DNA of 64,000 nt from Lytechinus pictus. Taxonomy: Eukaryota. Below the pieces are notes generated by a model, which saw only the letters and a list, made by a program, of their open reading frames with translations, was not told the origin of the DNA and ran no database searches. Position numbers and translations under genes: made by a program. Location of the stretch: contig NC_087245.1 of the NCBI RefSeq assembly GCF_037042905.1, positions 4,280,001-4,344,000 on the forward strand, read 5' to 3'. Shown here one piece after another: positions 38,413 to 51,500 of this stretch (position 1 is the stretch's first letter; each line of letters opens with the position of its first letter).

Positions 38413-41400
38413 TTAGACATGGATTTTATCAAGAATCAAATAATAACTTTTAAATGAAAGAACAGAATTGAATAAAGCACAAACCTGTTCCCTGAATTAA
38501 AAAAAAAGAGAAATCTTATAAATATTCAGATCAAAACCACGTAAGAATCTAGGTATCACGGAAATGAAAACAGGCTCCTAATATCACCTCACTTTGTGCT
38601 GATGATAACAATACCATATTGTTCATTACATAGGTCATTTAGAGTTATTGCTGGTCACTTTAATGGGGTATTCACTATGTCATTAGGGTGCTTAGATGGT
38701 CAAGAGGGAAGTAATAGAGACCATCATATCTTGCGTTCCATAACATAACCATGATAGGCTAACCAATGCTAACTCCACACAATCACAACTTTTCACTGTA
38801 TGAAGGCCTAGTTATATTTCATAAAGATCTGTTTTCAACAGATCATCTAGGACTAGTTATATCTTATGAAGATATATGTTTTCAACAGATCTGTTGGCAA
38901 ATTATATGATTTATCTACAACTAAGTTCTTTTATATGTTGGTGAATCTAAATATTACTCCAAAGTTTTTAACATACTGAAGCTTTTCGACATGCACTCTT
39001 CGGAGTAAAATAAAATGAATGACTACACTAGAGCGAAACGATATATAATAGAACCGAAAGAGACGACGGAAGCTAAACGGCGAGCTGTGATTGGCTGTCA
39101 TGGTACACAAAGTTTTGATTCAGTTTCAGGTAAAATGAGATGTTCCAACATAGAACACTCTAAATTGGATTTTTGCAAGCTAAAGAAAGAAAAGTATGGT
39201 CGGCCGTGCATTTTCACTACTTTTGTACTTATAGTGTGAAACCACTTTCCACCCTTTTGACAACCAATAAAAGTATTAAAAAGCAAAAAAGCATTCCACT
39301 AATTCAGGGATGTCTCTTCACAGCCCACATATCCATATGTGATTTAAAAACAAAAGAGTGGAATATTCACCTAGGTGTACAAGATGTTAACCAAAATCTT
39401 GATTTTGGTAGTTTAATTCCAGCAGCACATTTTCAAACTAAGGAAGCTTCTCTATCTGTTGCACTATAAAAAGAAGGATAAGGCTAAAAACTATGCAATA
39501 AATGAAGAGGACAAAAGCAATCATTGAAATTGATTAGGCTTCACCCATAGCACAAACCCTACTGAAGATTCCCCAGTGATCCAAGTTGGTATCATCTTAC
39601 TCTGTTTGAACAAGTCCCATGCATAATAACCACTGGCAACAAGCATAAACGCAAGACCCTCAAAACTAATGACTTTCCCTCTCTGATTTCCCCCGTACCC
39701 TCAATACCGCCGTTGAGGACTGAGGACGACGATGACAACCAACCGCTGGAAAAAATATTGCTCTTGATTATTTATGGAAAGTCCTGCAATATGTAATGAA
39801 GATAAGAAGAGGGAAATAAAAAGGAAGCAGGTTTCACATTACAAGGTAATGATCATGGTGGATGTTTATAAATAGGCTACTGCATTTCAACAAGTGAACT
39901 TCGCTTGTGTTTACAACATCGTTACGAGATCTAATTGCAACTGGGGAAAGCAATGTTGCATAAAGATATATTCATTTGTCCATATTGTGTTACAGTATGT
40001 TTTATGTTTTGGGATATCTAACCTTCAAATTGCTATCTCAACAAGTAGATAAAAGCACAATGCTCAATTGGCTGGATATAATATTACCTGCTTGAATAAA
40101 GATAAAACACAAGTTTATAACTCAATTATTTCACCAATATGCTTTTGTTTTTCAACTTGCCAGCGTGGGAAGAAGATGAATTTTGTTTTTCTCTCCTTGT
40201 CTTGAAGTATCCCTGAAGTGGGGCGGATAGGAACATGGTTAAATGCATACTGTATAAATCTTGTAGCAATTCCACATCCTCACGCTATAAAAATACTTAC
40301 AAATCAATAAATGATGCCAATATTTTACAATACTGAACAACCAAGTAGGAATATTGATTTTAGTAATGCACTTTAGGCAAGGTGAATGAATTGGTTGGGA
40401 GGTGGGTAAAATGTATTTAGTTGTCTCTCTTATTTCTCTCGTGGATTTAAAGTGTGGTTAGAGCAAAATATAGAGATAAGTTTGTTATTTTAAATACGGG
40501 CGAGAGGCTTATCTTCTCTTTAACATTGCACTGATTTCTCTGCAGTTATTAATTGATATAAAGCAATTTATAATTGACAGTAGCTAAAAACATAGCTCTC
40601 TGAACCCATTAGGTTAATTAACACAAACATATTATATCTATTTTTTTATAGTTGGGCATTGTCGGAAGTGGGATACTCGTTATCAACAAAACAAATCAAT
40701 ATCACAATTGGATTCATCATGCAATTACAAGTAGTAATTTCCGTTGATTAAGCATACTCCAGTGTGGTGTTTTACATCATCAAATCTCTCTGCCAGATAG
40801 TTTAAATTGACCAAAAATCATTTTAGGTTGATTTCATAAAAGAAAATACTTATTTATATTGGAAAATGGAAGTTCTGAGATATTAATCTGAAATAATCAA
40901 TGGAATCATTTTTCAAAACTATATCATTTTGATTAAATTTTGTTTTTTCAATTGACATTTCAGATTACTTTGATACATTCTTAAAAATCTTTACTAAAAA
41001 ATGGTGTAATGAAAAATAAAAAGGTTGAGTTTAAAAAGACAAATTTTAGTGTAAAATTTTGTAAAATAGTGAAAATCTTGGCAAGAATATGTTCTCAAAA
41101 ACATCTGTATTTTCCAATCTAATCCATAAAGCTATCATCTTGTCTTGGATTTATACTTCAATCTAATGCTTGTAATGTTCCCTAATGTAATGAAGCCACA
41201 CCGGCATGAAGGCCACCACTTAACATACTGGCATTAATCTGCTACAGTTTTAATTTGATCACATAATAAAGCAATGCAATTAGATCATCTTATAATAAAT
41301 CTAGGCAAAACAAGGTACTTGAATACATAAGTACACAGGGCAGACAACAAGGTATGTGAACAACGTTCACTGAACCACTTTAGAAAAATATAGGGGCAGA

Positions 41401-44400
41401 CTCACAGGAACAAAGTGGGCCCAGGTCAAAGTCCTTTGTATTTTAGAGAAAAAATTAGAGAATATTCAAGTGAATACCAAAAATGCCACTATTGATAATC
41501 CTAAATCCTGAAGCTTACATCTTTAGCAGCCTGACCATGATTGTAACATTATTTTTTGTATTTGTTTATTTCAAAAACTAGACAAGATGATGAGATGATC
41601 ATGAGATCTCACCTCAGACACCTTCAATTCTTCAAGTAAAAATCCATTCAATGCTAAAGAAAATAACACGGATATTATTAAAAGAGAAAAATCTGATTTG
41701 ATCTTTAGACTTCTTAACCCCAGACTTTCCTCATACCCATATTATCTGTCTTTTTTTGTTTCAGACTGTTTTTCTAGACTATTTGTATCCATTGCCATTC
41801 ACATTGTGAAAAAAAAAATCTGAACATACATTTCCATATGCCAAACTCACTGCCAACAAGATGGAGGGCCAATTTCTGTTTACGAATCAAAGTGAATATG
41901 AACTGCTCCATTCATCAAACCAAAATAGGTGTGAAGAACAAAGACTAGAGAGAAAGGAGTATCTGATTTCAGGGGTAAATCTGTAGAAGGGTGACTCATT
42001 CAAAGTCACTTGGGATAACTCATTATCCTAATTCTGGTGTGACTTCCTCAGTTTGCCTTATAGCTACCAGGGAATCTCTTCCTTCCAATTACTATAGGGG
42101 TAAGGTGGCATTCTTAATTGGGAAGGGGAGGGGGCATTTATTCACCCTGTGCCACTTTCAAATCAAAGCTGGCATTCCTTACAAAAGCAATTACCGGACA
42201 TAATACTTTATGCTTTATTCAATCAATGTCATACAATATTATTTTCTTGTCTCCTTGCATGCTTAACCAATGTTTTTTCCCCAGTTATATTCCAACATCA
42301 TCCAAAATATATTAAATACATTTTCCAGAACCCCCTCGCCAAAACCCACACCCAAACCTCTCCCTGCCTCAATCCTAAAACAGAAAAAAATATATGTTTC
42401 ATAGATCATCAAGAGAGAAATGCTAATTTCTAGATTCAAATCTTGTTACTGTATTACCAAGCAGTCTTGAGGTTAAAGTTGATACAGTGCATAAATTAAA
42501 CAGACACATAGACTGAATATAAATAGGATTGAAAGGCTACGAGAGCTCTAAAGCATCACAAAAATAGGCTTTGTTGCTCGATAAATCATAGAATGTTCAA
42601 ACAAGTTTCCTGGACGTCATGCAAGGTGTGCTCACACTAAATCCAATTTCAGGAGATCAGAGGAATTTTCTAGATGAAATTGGATCAAGTAAAATTGTTT
42701 CATCTTTGGAGGTACCATTCATACTACATCAGAAGAAATGACCAAGTTCTCTGAAATACACTACTGTATGATCTTAACAGATTGCAAATTGAGAACAAAA
42801 GAAAATGAGATTGTTTTAAAACACCCAAGCTAGCTTTTTGAAATAAAGATAAAAACATCAATAAATAGAAATTGCTGGTATCCTCAAACATCATGGCACA
42901 TCTGTTATTAATCATACTCACCCCTCACACAAATGAGAAAGAAATCACAAAGTCATGAAAATTTTCCAAAATTCAATGAACTGTTTTGAGATCCAATAAA
43001 GTTTCTTGTTAAGAAAAAAAAATGGACAAGGCAAAGTAATCTATCCTTAATGAGAATTTCACCAACGTCATTGCTAGAAGCACTCACTCGGCATGAATTA
43101 GCAACAAGTTAGCATCCTGCAGTAGTACATACGTAAGAAAATTAGTTACAGATCTAATGTTATCTAAGTATTCAATTGCAAACTTTGGCATTTCTTTTCT
43201 ATCAGGTTTTGCCTGATTAGTTTTTTTTTCTTCATAATAACACATAGATATCAATCTCTATACACAAAAATACATTCAGAAGGTGAATGAATAGGATGTT
43301 ATATGATATGTACATGTAAATGGTAATGGGTTGTGGTTTTTTTTATTTCATTTGTTTGTAAAATGAGGCATGACTTTATGAACAACTTGAATATGAAATG
43401 CCAAAATATCTGTTTTATCCAAATTTTTTAATAAATAATCACTGTATTTAAATAATTCTAAAAACATTCTTTGTATCTTTAATAATTTTCACAAAAAATT
43501 ATTGTATTTTTTAATAATTTTCACAAATGACTAGTATCTAAGATATGTAGTGACAGAAAACTTAATTTGAACTAAAAATGTTTTGATTGGAATAACTTTG
43601 ATCAACATAACTTTGTTTCTATTGTGGTTAAACTGATTTAGAATTCCATTTTGCTTGCCATATATTCCAGTTACTTTCTTTTAAGTCATCCATGACAGCT
43701 TAAAGAACATTTTTCTTGGAAACAGATAAGTACAGCTTTTCTTTTTCCGTACAATGCAACAATCCTTCAGAGAAAATATATGGTGAAAAATAGGGATTGC
43801 TATCTTTCAGCATATCATTGAGACTCTATTGACATATAAATGAAACTGAGATTCCTTAGATAGTGCGAGGTAAGAGCAGACACCCCAATTTCCCCACTTC
43901 TCCAAAAATAAATCCATGCGACAAGAAATCCAATTTGTGGGCAGGATATTAAAGAACACATTCACACGGCCGATCTTGGACAGCATCAAAGGTTCTGCAA
44001 GTTCAAATGGCCAACTCTTAGTCTTCAAAAACACAAACCCATTCAATAAATTCTTCACTACTGGAAAGTATTCTGAGATCTATGGCAAGCATTATCAATT
44101 TAAATATAAATATTCTTATAATTTGTTGTATTAGAATCTATAGATAAATTATTTAAGGTACAACACAGTGGTGATTTAACTTTGGAAATAAGTTTTTCTC
44201 CTTAAGTTTATTATTTCTAGTGAACGGGGGTATGACATTCTAGACTAGTTGATCCTATCCCCAATATATAAAGGAAGGTAACCCAAATAGTTCTATTTTC
44301 TCATTTATATCTCCCCTTTATTGAGGCTAACTTCTTGCTGCCAATAAATATAATGAAGATGTCTCAGGTGATCATTGCTACATGTATTTCTCATTTTGTT

Positions 44401-45401
44401 ACTTGTCACCCTCAAATCTACAATTTTGGCTATGATCATGAAGAACACAACTCATCATACTTTACAGGAGATAAAATATATTTATAGTAGATAACATGAA
44501 AATGAGGTGATAAAAAAAAAAGAAAATAAATAACTCTCTCTTTGTAGTGTCGATGGGTGGATACAATGTCACTGAGTATGTTTTGTCCTATGTTGTTACT
44601 TTTTAACAATTTTTCATTGCTTTGATAATTTTTTTTGAAATATTCAGCTTTTATGCATGCATTTATGAGCAGTGTATGATATTAAGGACTATGGTTTGAA
44701 AGATAACAAATAACATCAAACTAAGTGGATCATCTTCAAATTCATGGCCTTCACATTGGTACTGAATGGTTTCATCAATGTCCTCCAATTAGTCCATTAA
44801 TTAGGTTCGGTTTGTCACCCTCAATACCTTGACCCAGCTACACACATACTACCGGGGTAGCATTACATGAAACCATTTCACAATGATTTTCATCAATTAT
44901 CTGTTTTAAGCTCGTGAAATCCTTGCACATATTTTGCTCCTAGCAAATTCATCAATTGAATTTGAGGAAACACTACCCAGTTTATTCCCTCAACCCACAC
45001 ATGTGACAATTACTACATGTACACTTTCTGTAACATTTCATGGCATCAATTAAGTGTCGGTGTGAAGGAAACAGAAAGTTCCATGACATATCTTTTCAGA
45101 AACTTCATCTATGAACGTAACATACCCAATACATCCTAAACTGTTTCAGCTAATTCATCACATGAGATTTAGCAAAAAACAGGACATAATGTCTGGTCAT
45201 TTAATAATTTCAATTTCCCTTTGATGTCTTAATTACAGACTTTTCTCAGATTAAACTTGGCACTAATATCAACATACATTAAATAATATTAAATCACAAA
45301 TAAATGTTCCATGCAGATAACTTACATGTACGCTGAGTTTGACGTTTTCCTTTAAATAAAAAAGAAGCAAATAATCAGGGGGAAAAATAAAAAGCACATA
45401 T

Positions 45402-45540
45402 GGGGACCATTTCATGAAGTGTCTCGTTAACTGATTTTAACTGACAGATTCACTCCCACCGAATCAAATACAGTTATTTCAGTAGCTTATAACAGCTGTC
45501 TATGGAAATCACGGACAAATTGCTTTATGAAACTCTCACA
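45402..45540. mobile_element. Degenerate Harbinger-like MITE
   Basis: GGGGACCATTTCATGAAG ... CTTTATGAAACTCTC inverted ends. Confidence 0.4.
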
Positions 45541-47151
45541 GAAGAGGTATACACACAAAGGCAATCATCGGTATCTTTGGTTATCTTAGGTTCATTTTTA
45601 CTTTTATATATAAAATATTTTAATGAAGATAATATCTAACCTGACATGTGTTTGAGTAAATTTCTTAGCTTGTTTGTCTACATCTACCTACTACACTGAG
45701 TGCACAGTATGGTTTTGTTTTAGACGTTTCACTTGTAAGAGTAATTATTCTCTCAATTCATCATAATGTATCATCATACGTATTCATTTATTTTTTTTAC
45801 ACATGGGATGTTTACTACAGATCTGCAAGGAGTTCAAGAGTTGTATTTTGTTTACTGCATATGTACAAAAGACATTTCACTAGTTCCATCCATTCACGTG
45901 AGCAAATGCCTTTCCCATTAGTGCATTATTACTTTTCACTTGCTTCAAGAAAATATGAATTATGAGGAACGTATGGATGTTTGATAACTGCAAACATAGA
46001 AAGAAAATAGAGATCCTCAATGAACCTTGCATCACTACCTTCGCAAATTCTTCTATAACAATTCAAATCAACCTCCCATAAGAAAGTGAGAGAGATTAGT
46101 AACCAGGTAAAAACAACTTGGAATCAGTGAATCAAATGTGAGTTGTGTTGTTGATTTTTTTTTTCTCTCTCTCTCTTAGAATGTTCTGGACTAATATTTC
46201 TTGTGAAGAAAAAAGTCATCCTATGAATGTTGTTCTTTTCTCTATTGCACTGCATCTTGATTGAGCAGAAATCATGGAATTGAAGGTGGAACCTGCGCAC
46301 CTTTGAGCCCATGAGATTTCATACTGGCAGGTTACCATGACAACATCCTTTCAAAAAAGGTGAGAACAGTTGCAGCAACACTCTACACACTTGTTAGGTC
46401 AGAAAGGTGGTCTTTGTCACTCTTTTTTACAGAATAAATTAAAAGACCATGGAGACTGAAATAAGGCAAAGTCTTACATCAAGTTTGACATTATAAGTCT
46501 CATCTTTCTTATAACAAATCTTTTCAACACATGTGGTAATCACCTCCTATGTGCCTATACAATGACAATTTCAAGTAATGTATGTCTTTCTGTTTCCTAT
46601 GTATGCAGTTATATATGTCATAAATTGGTTTTCAGAAAAATTCCTGGATCATTTCATTTTAAGTGGATTTGGCATCATATCATTTAATAAAACCTCAAAC
46701 CTTTATAAAACCACAATAAAGCAACATTAACTACATGTATAAACCCTCTATCTTTGATAAAAACCTCAAATAGCAGGTCTTCAATACAAAAGAAGTAGAA
46801 TCCTCTTGATAAATGAACAACAAGTTACATGTACCTTAGAAATAGTTGGGTTTGGCACTGAACTATATGAGTTGATTGGCACTCGGATATGCATAATTAC
46901 TCTCCCTTCTCTGAAAATAATTAAAAATGCATAATTTCCATCTATTTTTTTTTTTGGTAAAAAGATTTGTGTGTTGGTAATGGAGGGCACAAAGATATAA
47001 ATTAGGAGTAAGAAATTCAAGAGAAAATCCCTGAAATTCATTACCATGCATTCATCAATTTATATGAAATGAGTAACAATCCTTTCAATGCAACACTGAA
47101 GCGATCCATTAATCTGAAGTACATGTTGCCATTCAAGATTTAACAGAACAG

Positions 47152-47328
47152 GGGGCCGTTTCATAAAGCTATTCGTAAGTTAAGAGCGACTTAAGAACAA
47201 CTGGTGAAGCTTTCTTGCGCGCTTAAACCATCGCCAATGAAAATACAATTTTCCACAAGAAAGGTTCACCAGTCGTTCTTAAAGTCGCTCTTAACTTACA
47301 TGTACGAACAGCTTTATGAAACACCCAC
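47152..47328. mobile_element. Palindromic Harbinger-like MITE
   Basis: ~65-bp inverted arms (GTTTCATAAAGCT..TAAGTTAAGAGCGACTT); CWG flanks. Confidence 0.8.
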
Positions 47329-48260
47329 CTGGGGGCAATTTCACAAAAGCTATTTCTAAAGTTATGTGTTTCACTAAAACCAAGTGCAAATCCATATGGG
47401 CATTTTTTGTGTGCAAGTGACTGTTGATCTTCTTGCAATGCAATGTATTTGATATTGACCCTCTGTTTCATATATACCTGTGGCTGCTTGCTTTTTAAAA
47501 GGTTAAAATATTGTATATAAAAATAACTTTCTACTTTCCCTGAATTTGGGTGAATATTTGTATGTGCAGAGTTATTACTGATGTACGCCTCTATACTCTG
47601 GTGACATCATCATGCTTGCAGTGATTCAAAGTGCAATTTCTACCATGAATGCGAAGTAACTTACAAATGCATTGTGACAACATTATCTGAACCTCTTTTA
47701 ATATGAAGTAGGCATATGCCACTGTTGCTGAAATATCAACTGCATCAATTATCTACACTATATCAAGTTTTTTAGTGTATACTGAATTCAGGTGAGTATA
47801 ACGATGTATTTAAGTAATTCAAAACTATTCATTACCATGTCTTTCATACAGTTTACTGAATAATTTGTGATTTCAAAGTGATATATGCTACATATACTTG
47901 AATGTGAAACAAATATTTCTTTTTCTTTGTAGCAATACTGACATAATAACTCTTTGACCTGGCCCTTGAACTGTTCACATATCATTAGTTTGGTTCAGGC
48001 ATGACTGAAAAGAGATATTGATTTGAGTTATTTGTAGAACTGTAAAGAGAGACAATGGAGGGGTGGGGGTGTTTTGTGGTTTTAAGTTTTGTGGTTTTAC
48101 CACAGCCCATTATTACACATCAAAATAGCAATCTTCGCAACAAAGTATGCTGTAATTAATGTCCTTGAGGGTGAATTGAAATTCAGGAGAAATATTGTTG
48201 TGATTATGACAAAACATGTTTAATACTCATCCTTTTACTCATATTCACATTGACATTAGC

Positions 48261-48583
48261 TTAGGGCTTAATATCATCTGGGGTATAATACTGCCCTTCC
48301 CGTAGATACTCCTTCAGTCGTCTTGGCAACGGGAGGGCATCAATATGGTCGAGCCGGACGTGTCGGCGGATGACAAAGCGGCACATGTGCTGGAGGGATC
48401 GAGCCTTCTGGAACCGAGAGATTGGATAAAGTAGCTGAAGAGGGACGGGAGGGAGTCCTGGCCATCTTGGACGAAGGAAGTAGAGGAAGCGGCCATTCCT
48501 GGAGTGGCGCATCGCTTCCTCTATAAATTCTACGATAGATGAACTCCCATGAGTTGTTGGTTGGGACCAGAAGCTGAACTTGC
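48261..48583 (-). CDS. SOCS7: SOCS7 terminal coding exon (SH2 C-terminal part plus SOCS box)
   Basis: CAG acceptor in phase 1, SLQHMCR...LPLP SOCS box, TAA stop at 48261-48263. Confidence 0.93.
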
Positions 48584-51500
48584 CTGAGGATGAAAGAAAT
48601 GAAGAGGACTTTGGTTAGGTGAGAATATGGAGTCATTATGCAATGGTAGAATAGAACCATTTTTCACCAAAGATCAATATAAACATAATGGCAAAGATGA
48701 TATTGGCCAATGGAATGAAAAGAATTAAGGCCCTTCTAAACCATACGCTATTTATTCCAATGCAGTGAAAGATGTACCACTCTTTTATTTTAATAAAAGA
48801 AAATGCTCTTTCAAATTTGGTACTCAAGGAAATTTATTTCAGGAGATGTAATAATAAAAAAAGCTATTGTCTTGTTTAAAACAAGAAGTCACGAAATCTG
48901 TTTACACACTGTGGTACTTAATATTCACAAAATCAATAGACAAGTTACTATAGGTTATTTTAGAAAGTGATGGCAATTCCATTTCATAGAGTAATACTGT
49001 AAATGTATAGTAGGGCATTTTCACCACAGATGGACACAGAGGCACAAAAATCAAGTTGATATTCATGTCAAATGCTTTATGTTTTTTAATAAAACAAGAC
49101 CTGAAGTTTCTGAGACAAAATTTTTTTCGGACTCTGGCAGCCATTTTTTATTTCAAAATGGCTGCCAAAGTATAGATACAAATTAGTGTTGAAAATAGTA
49201 TATTGATACATATTTTGTTTTGACAGATTTTTAAAGAACAGGTTTGATCATGATGTTTTCGCCTGTGATTTAGCTTGCTATTATAACACTCTTTAAAATC
49301 CCACAGAAAGAAACACTAGTAATTCATTCATCTGATAAAAAAACATTGATGAAGTATGTGATATGGTATGTAATGTCAGTTACCGAAAACATGAACTTTT
49401 TTTTCTCATTTCCTGGAAAAGAGGATATATTATATGAAACTTGGTAGATTACCTCTCTAGGTAACACCCCTCCCTTCTACACCAAAATTAAAGATTACCA
49501 ATTAACAATGAAGCCATAGGGTACCATTAAATATATGTAATGTCAGTTACCAAGTGGAAAATGTAATGTCAGTTACCGAGGTGTAATGTCAGTTACCATG
49601 ATAAAACGTTGGTTACCAATATTGAAATGCAAATATGTGGTCAATTTTGTGGTGAAGAAATATTGTATACTTGTTATTTAAGTCTTTCACTTTAAAAGTC
49701 ACACCAGAAGGAGCTTGTTATTGACTTTTAAAAGGTATAGTTCACAAGGAATACTATATAAAATTATGAAGGAAGTTGCATTCCCATCGTGCAAAAAAAA
49801 TTAATATGAAATTGTTTTGTACATGCACTTACCAAGTACCTACATGTAATTGTTTATATCAGACAATTTTTTGTTTGGTTTTCGGGGGGGGGGGGGGGTA
49901 GGGGGTACTTTTCCCAACCTATTGCCTAAATCTGCAACATTTTTTAAGCTTAACATTGTGATGAAGGGGATTTCCAGGGTCCCTTTTTTAGTTTCTAGGA
50001 TTCTTTTGAGCATTGCCTCGCTAAAAGTAAATTCCTGGTTTTTATACCTGTTAGTAGTGTGGATGTGTGATACAATTCTGTTTTTGGTTTACAAGTATAG
50101 ATGAAGAGTAAAATTTGACAGTTCTGATCAATGTTGCGTGGATCTACTAAAACTGTGTTGTTTTTTTTTCTAATTTACAAATCGTTCAGTTTCAGTTTAG
50201 AAGCTGGAGTTTATTTTTGTTGACAGCTTAAAAAAGAAATTAGCAAAGAAAATTATTAAACAAATTATGAAGAGAATTGAAATCCGAAAGATATGAACAA
50301 GCATTGCTTGCACTGACCAGAATAGAAATCAATAAAACTACATGGCTGCATGAGATTCAGGGGAGGGGTACGTGTAGCCTAGGGGAGGAGACCCTTATTC
50401 ATTTTGCCTTTTTGAGGGGAGGGGGAGGTTGGAGAAGGAAAAGGTTTAAAAAGTCAATATAAAACTGATGAATATATTATGGGTGTATGTACATGTATAG
50501 TCAGAAAAATCCATGTTTACAGTCAATGCAATATTAAATTACTATAGGAAAACATGTAGCTGCTATGACCCCCCCCCCCCCCCCCCCCCCGAGTAAGTAA
50601 AACATACATTTCTTATCTTTTGATAATTAAAAATGTGAAGTATTATGAAACTTTTATGATTTTAAAAACCCTTACATATAAGTACCAAGAAAATTATGCC
50701 TTTGAAAATCATATAGCACTGGTAAATGTTAATGTGTATTGTCAGTTACCGACAAGTAATGATAAAAATGTTCAAATCAAAGAAAGGAATTGAAAAAAAT
50801 AAAAAGTTTTTTCATTGAAATGTTCCTAGAAACTCGGGTATACTTCCACATCAAGCTCACTTTCATGTGAAGCCCTGCACAGAAGATACAATGCAATGAT
50901 TCCACACATTTGACTTCCATGTGTTATCTCTATGGCAAATTAAGTGTAATGTCAGTTACCAGCATGGTTTTGGAAAAATTATCATAGCCCCCAAAAGACA
51001 AAAACAAATCGTTTAATATTTTGACACATCTTAACCTAGTAACGGAGGTATATTTACATATTCAAATTATTACTCTATCTACTCAGGGACATGAGATATT
51101 TCAATTTTAATGAACACCCTGATATTGCATGTCCTTTTGCGTAATGTCAGTTACCGACACATTTTTGCTTGCTGATGCGTAAAAAAATGTGGTTACATAG
51201 GAAAACTTAGTATCAGAGTATACGGCAAGGTTTACTTTATTAACTCTATCAAAAGTAAACTCCCATCATTTGTTGTTTTAGAGATACACACAGTGAAAGG
51301 TGTGAAAACATTGTGCCGTGTAATGTCAGTTACCGTGAAAATGCCCAGTAGTATTTAATTTGGGAGATTTGAGAAAGCATAAAAAGGGCAGGGGCAACAA
51401 TTCCAGGGAAATTACTGCAATATTGCTGAGCCATGAATGGGCTTTGGTCACTCAATACTGCAGACATATATCCCCCAAAGGATTTAGAGTGAAATCAATA

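Noticed and set aside
38808..38892. ~45-bp direct duplication (and a similar one near 43460-43530)
   Set aside because: Ordinary local tandem duplications with no further structure
48340..48660. Alternative-frame ORFs overlapping the SOCS7 last exon
   Set aside because: Shadow ORFs of GC-rich coding sequence with no independent evidence
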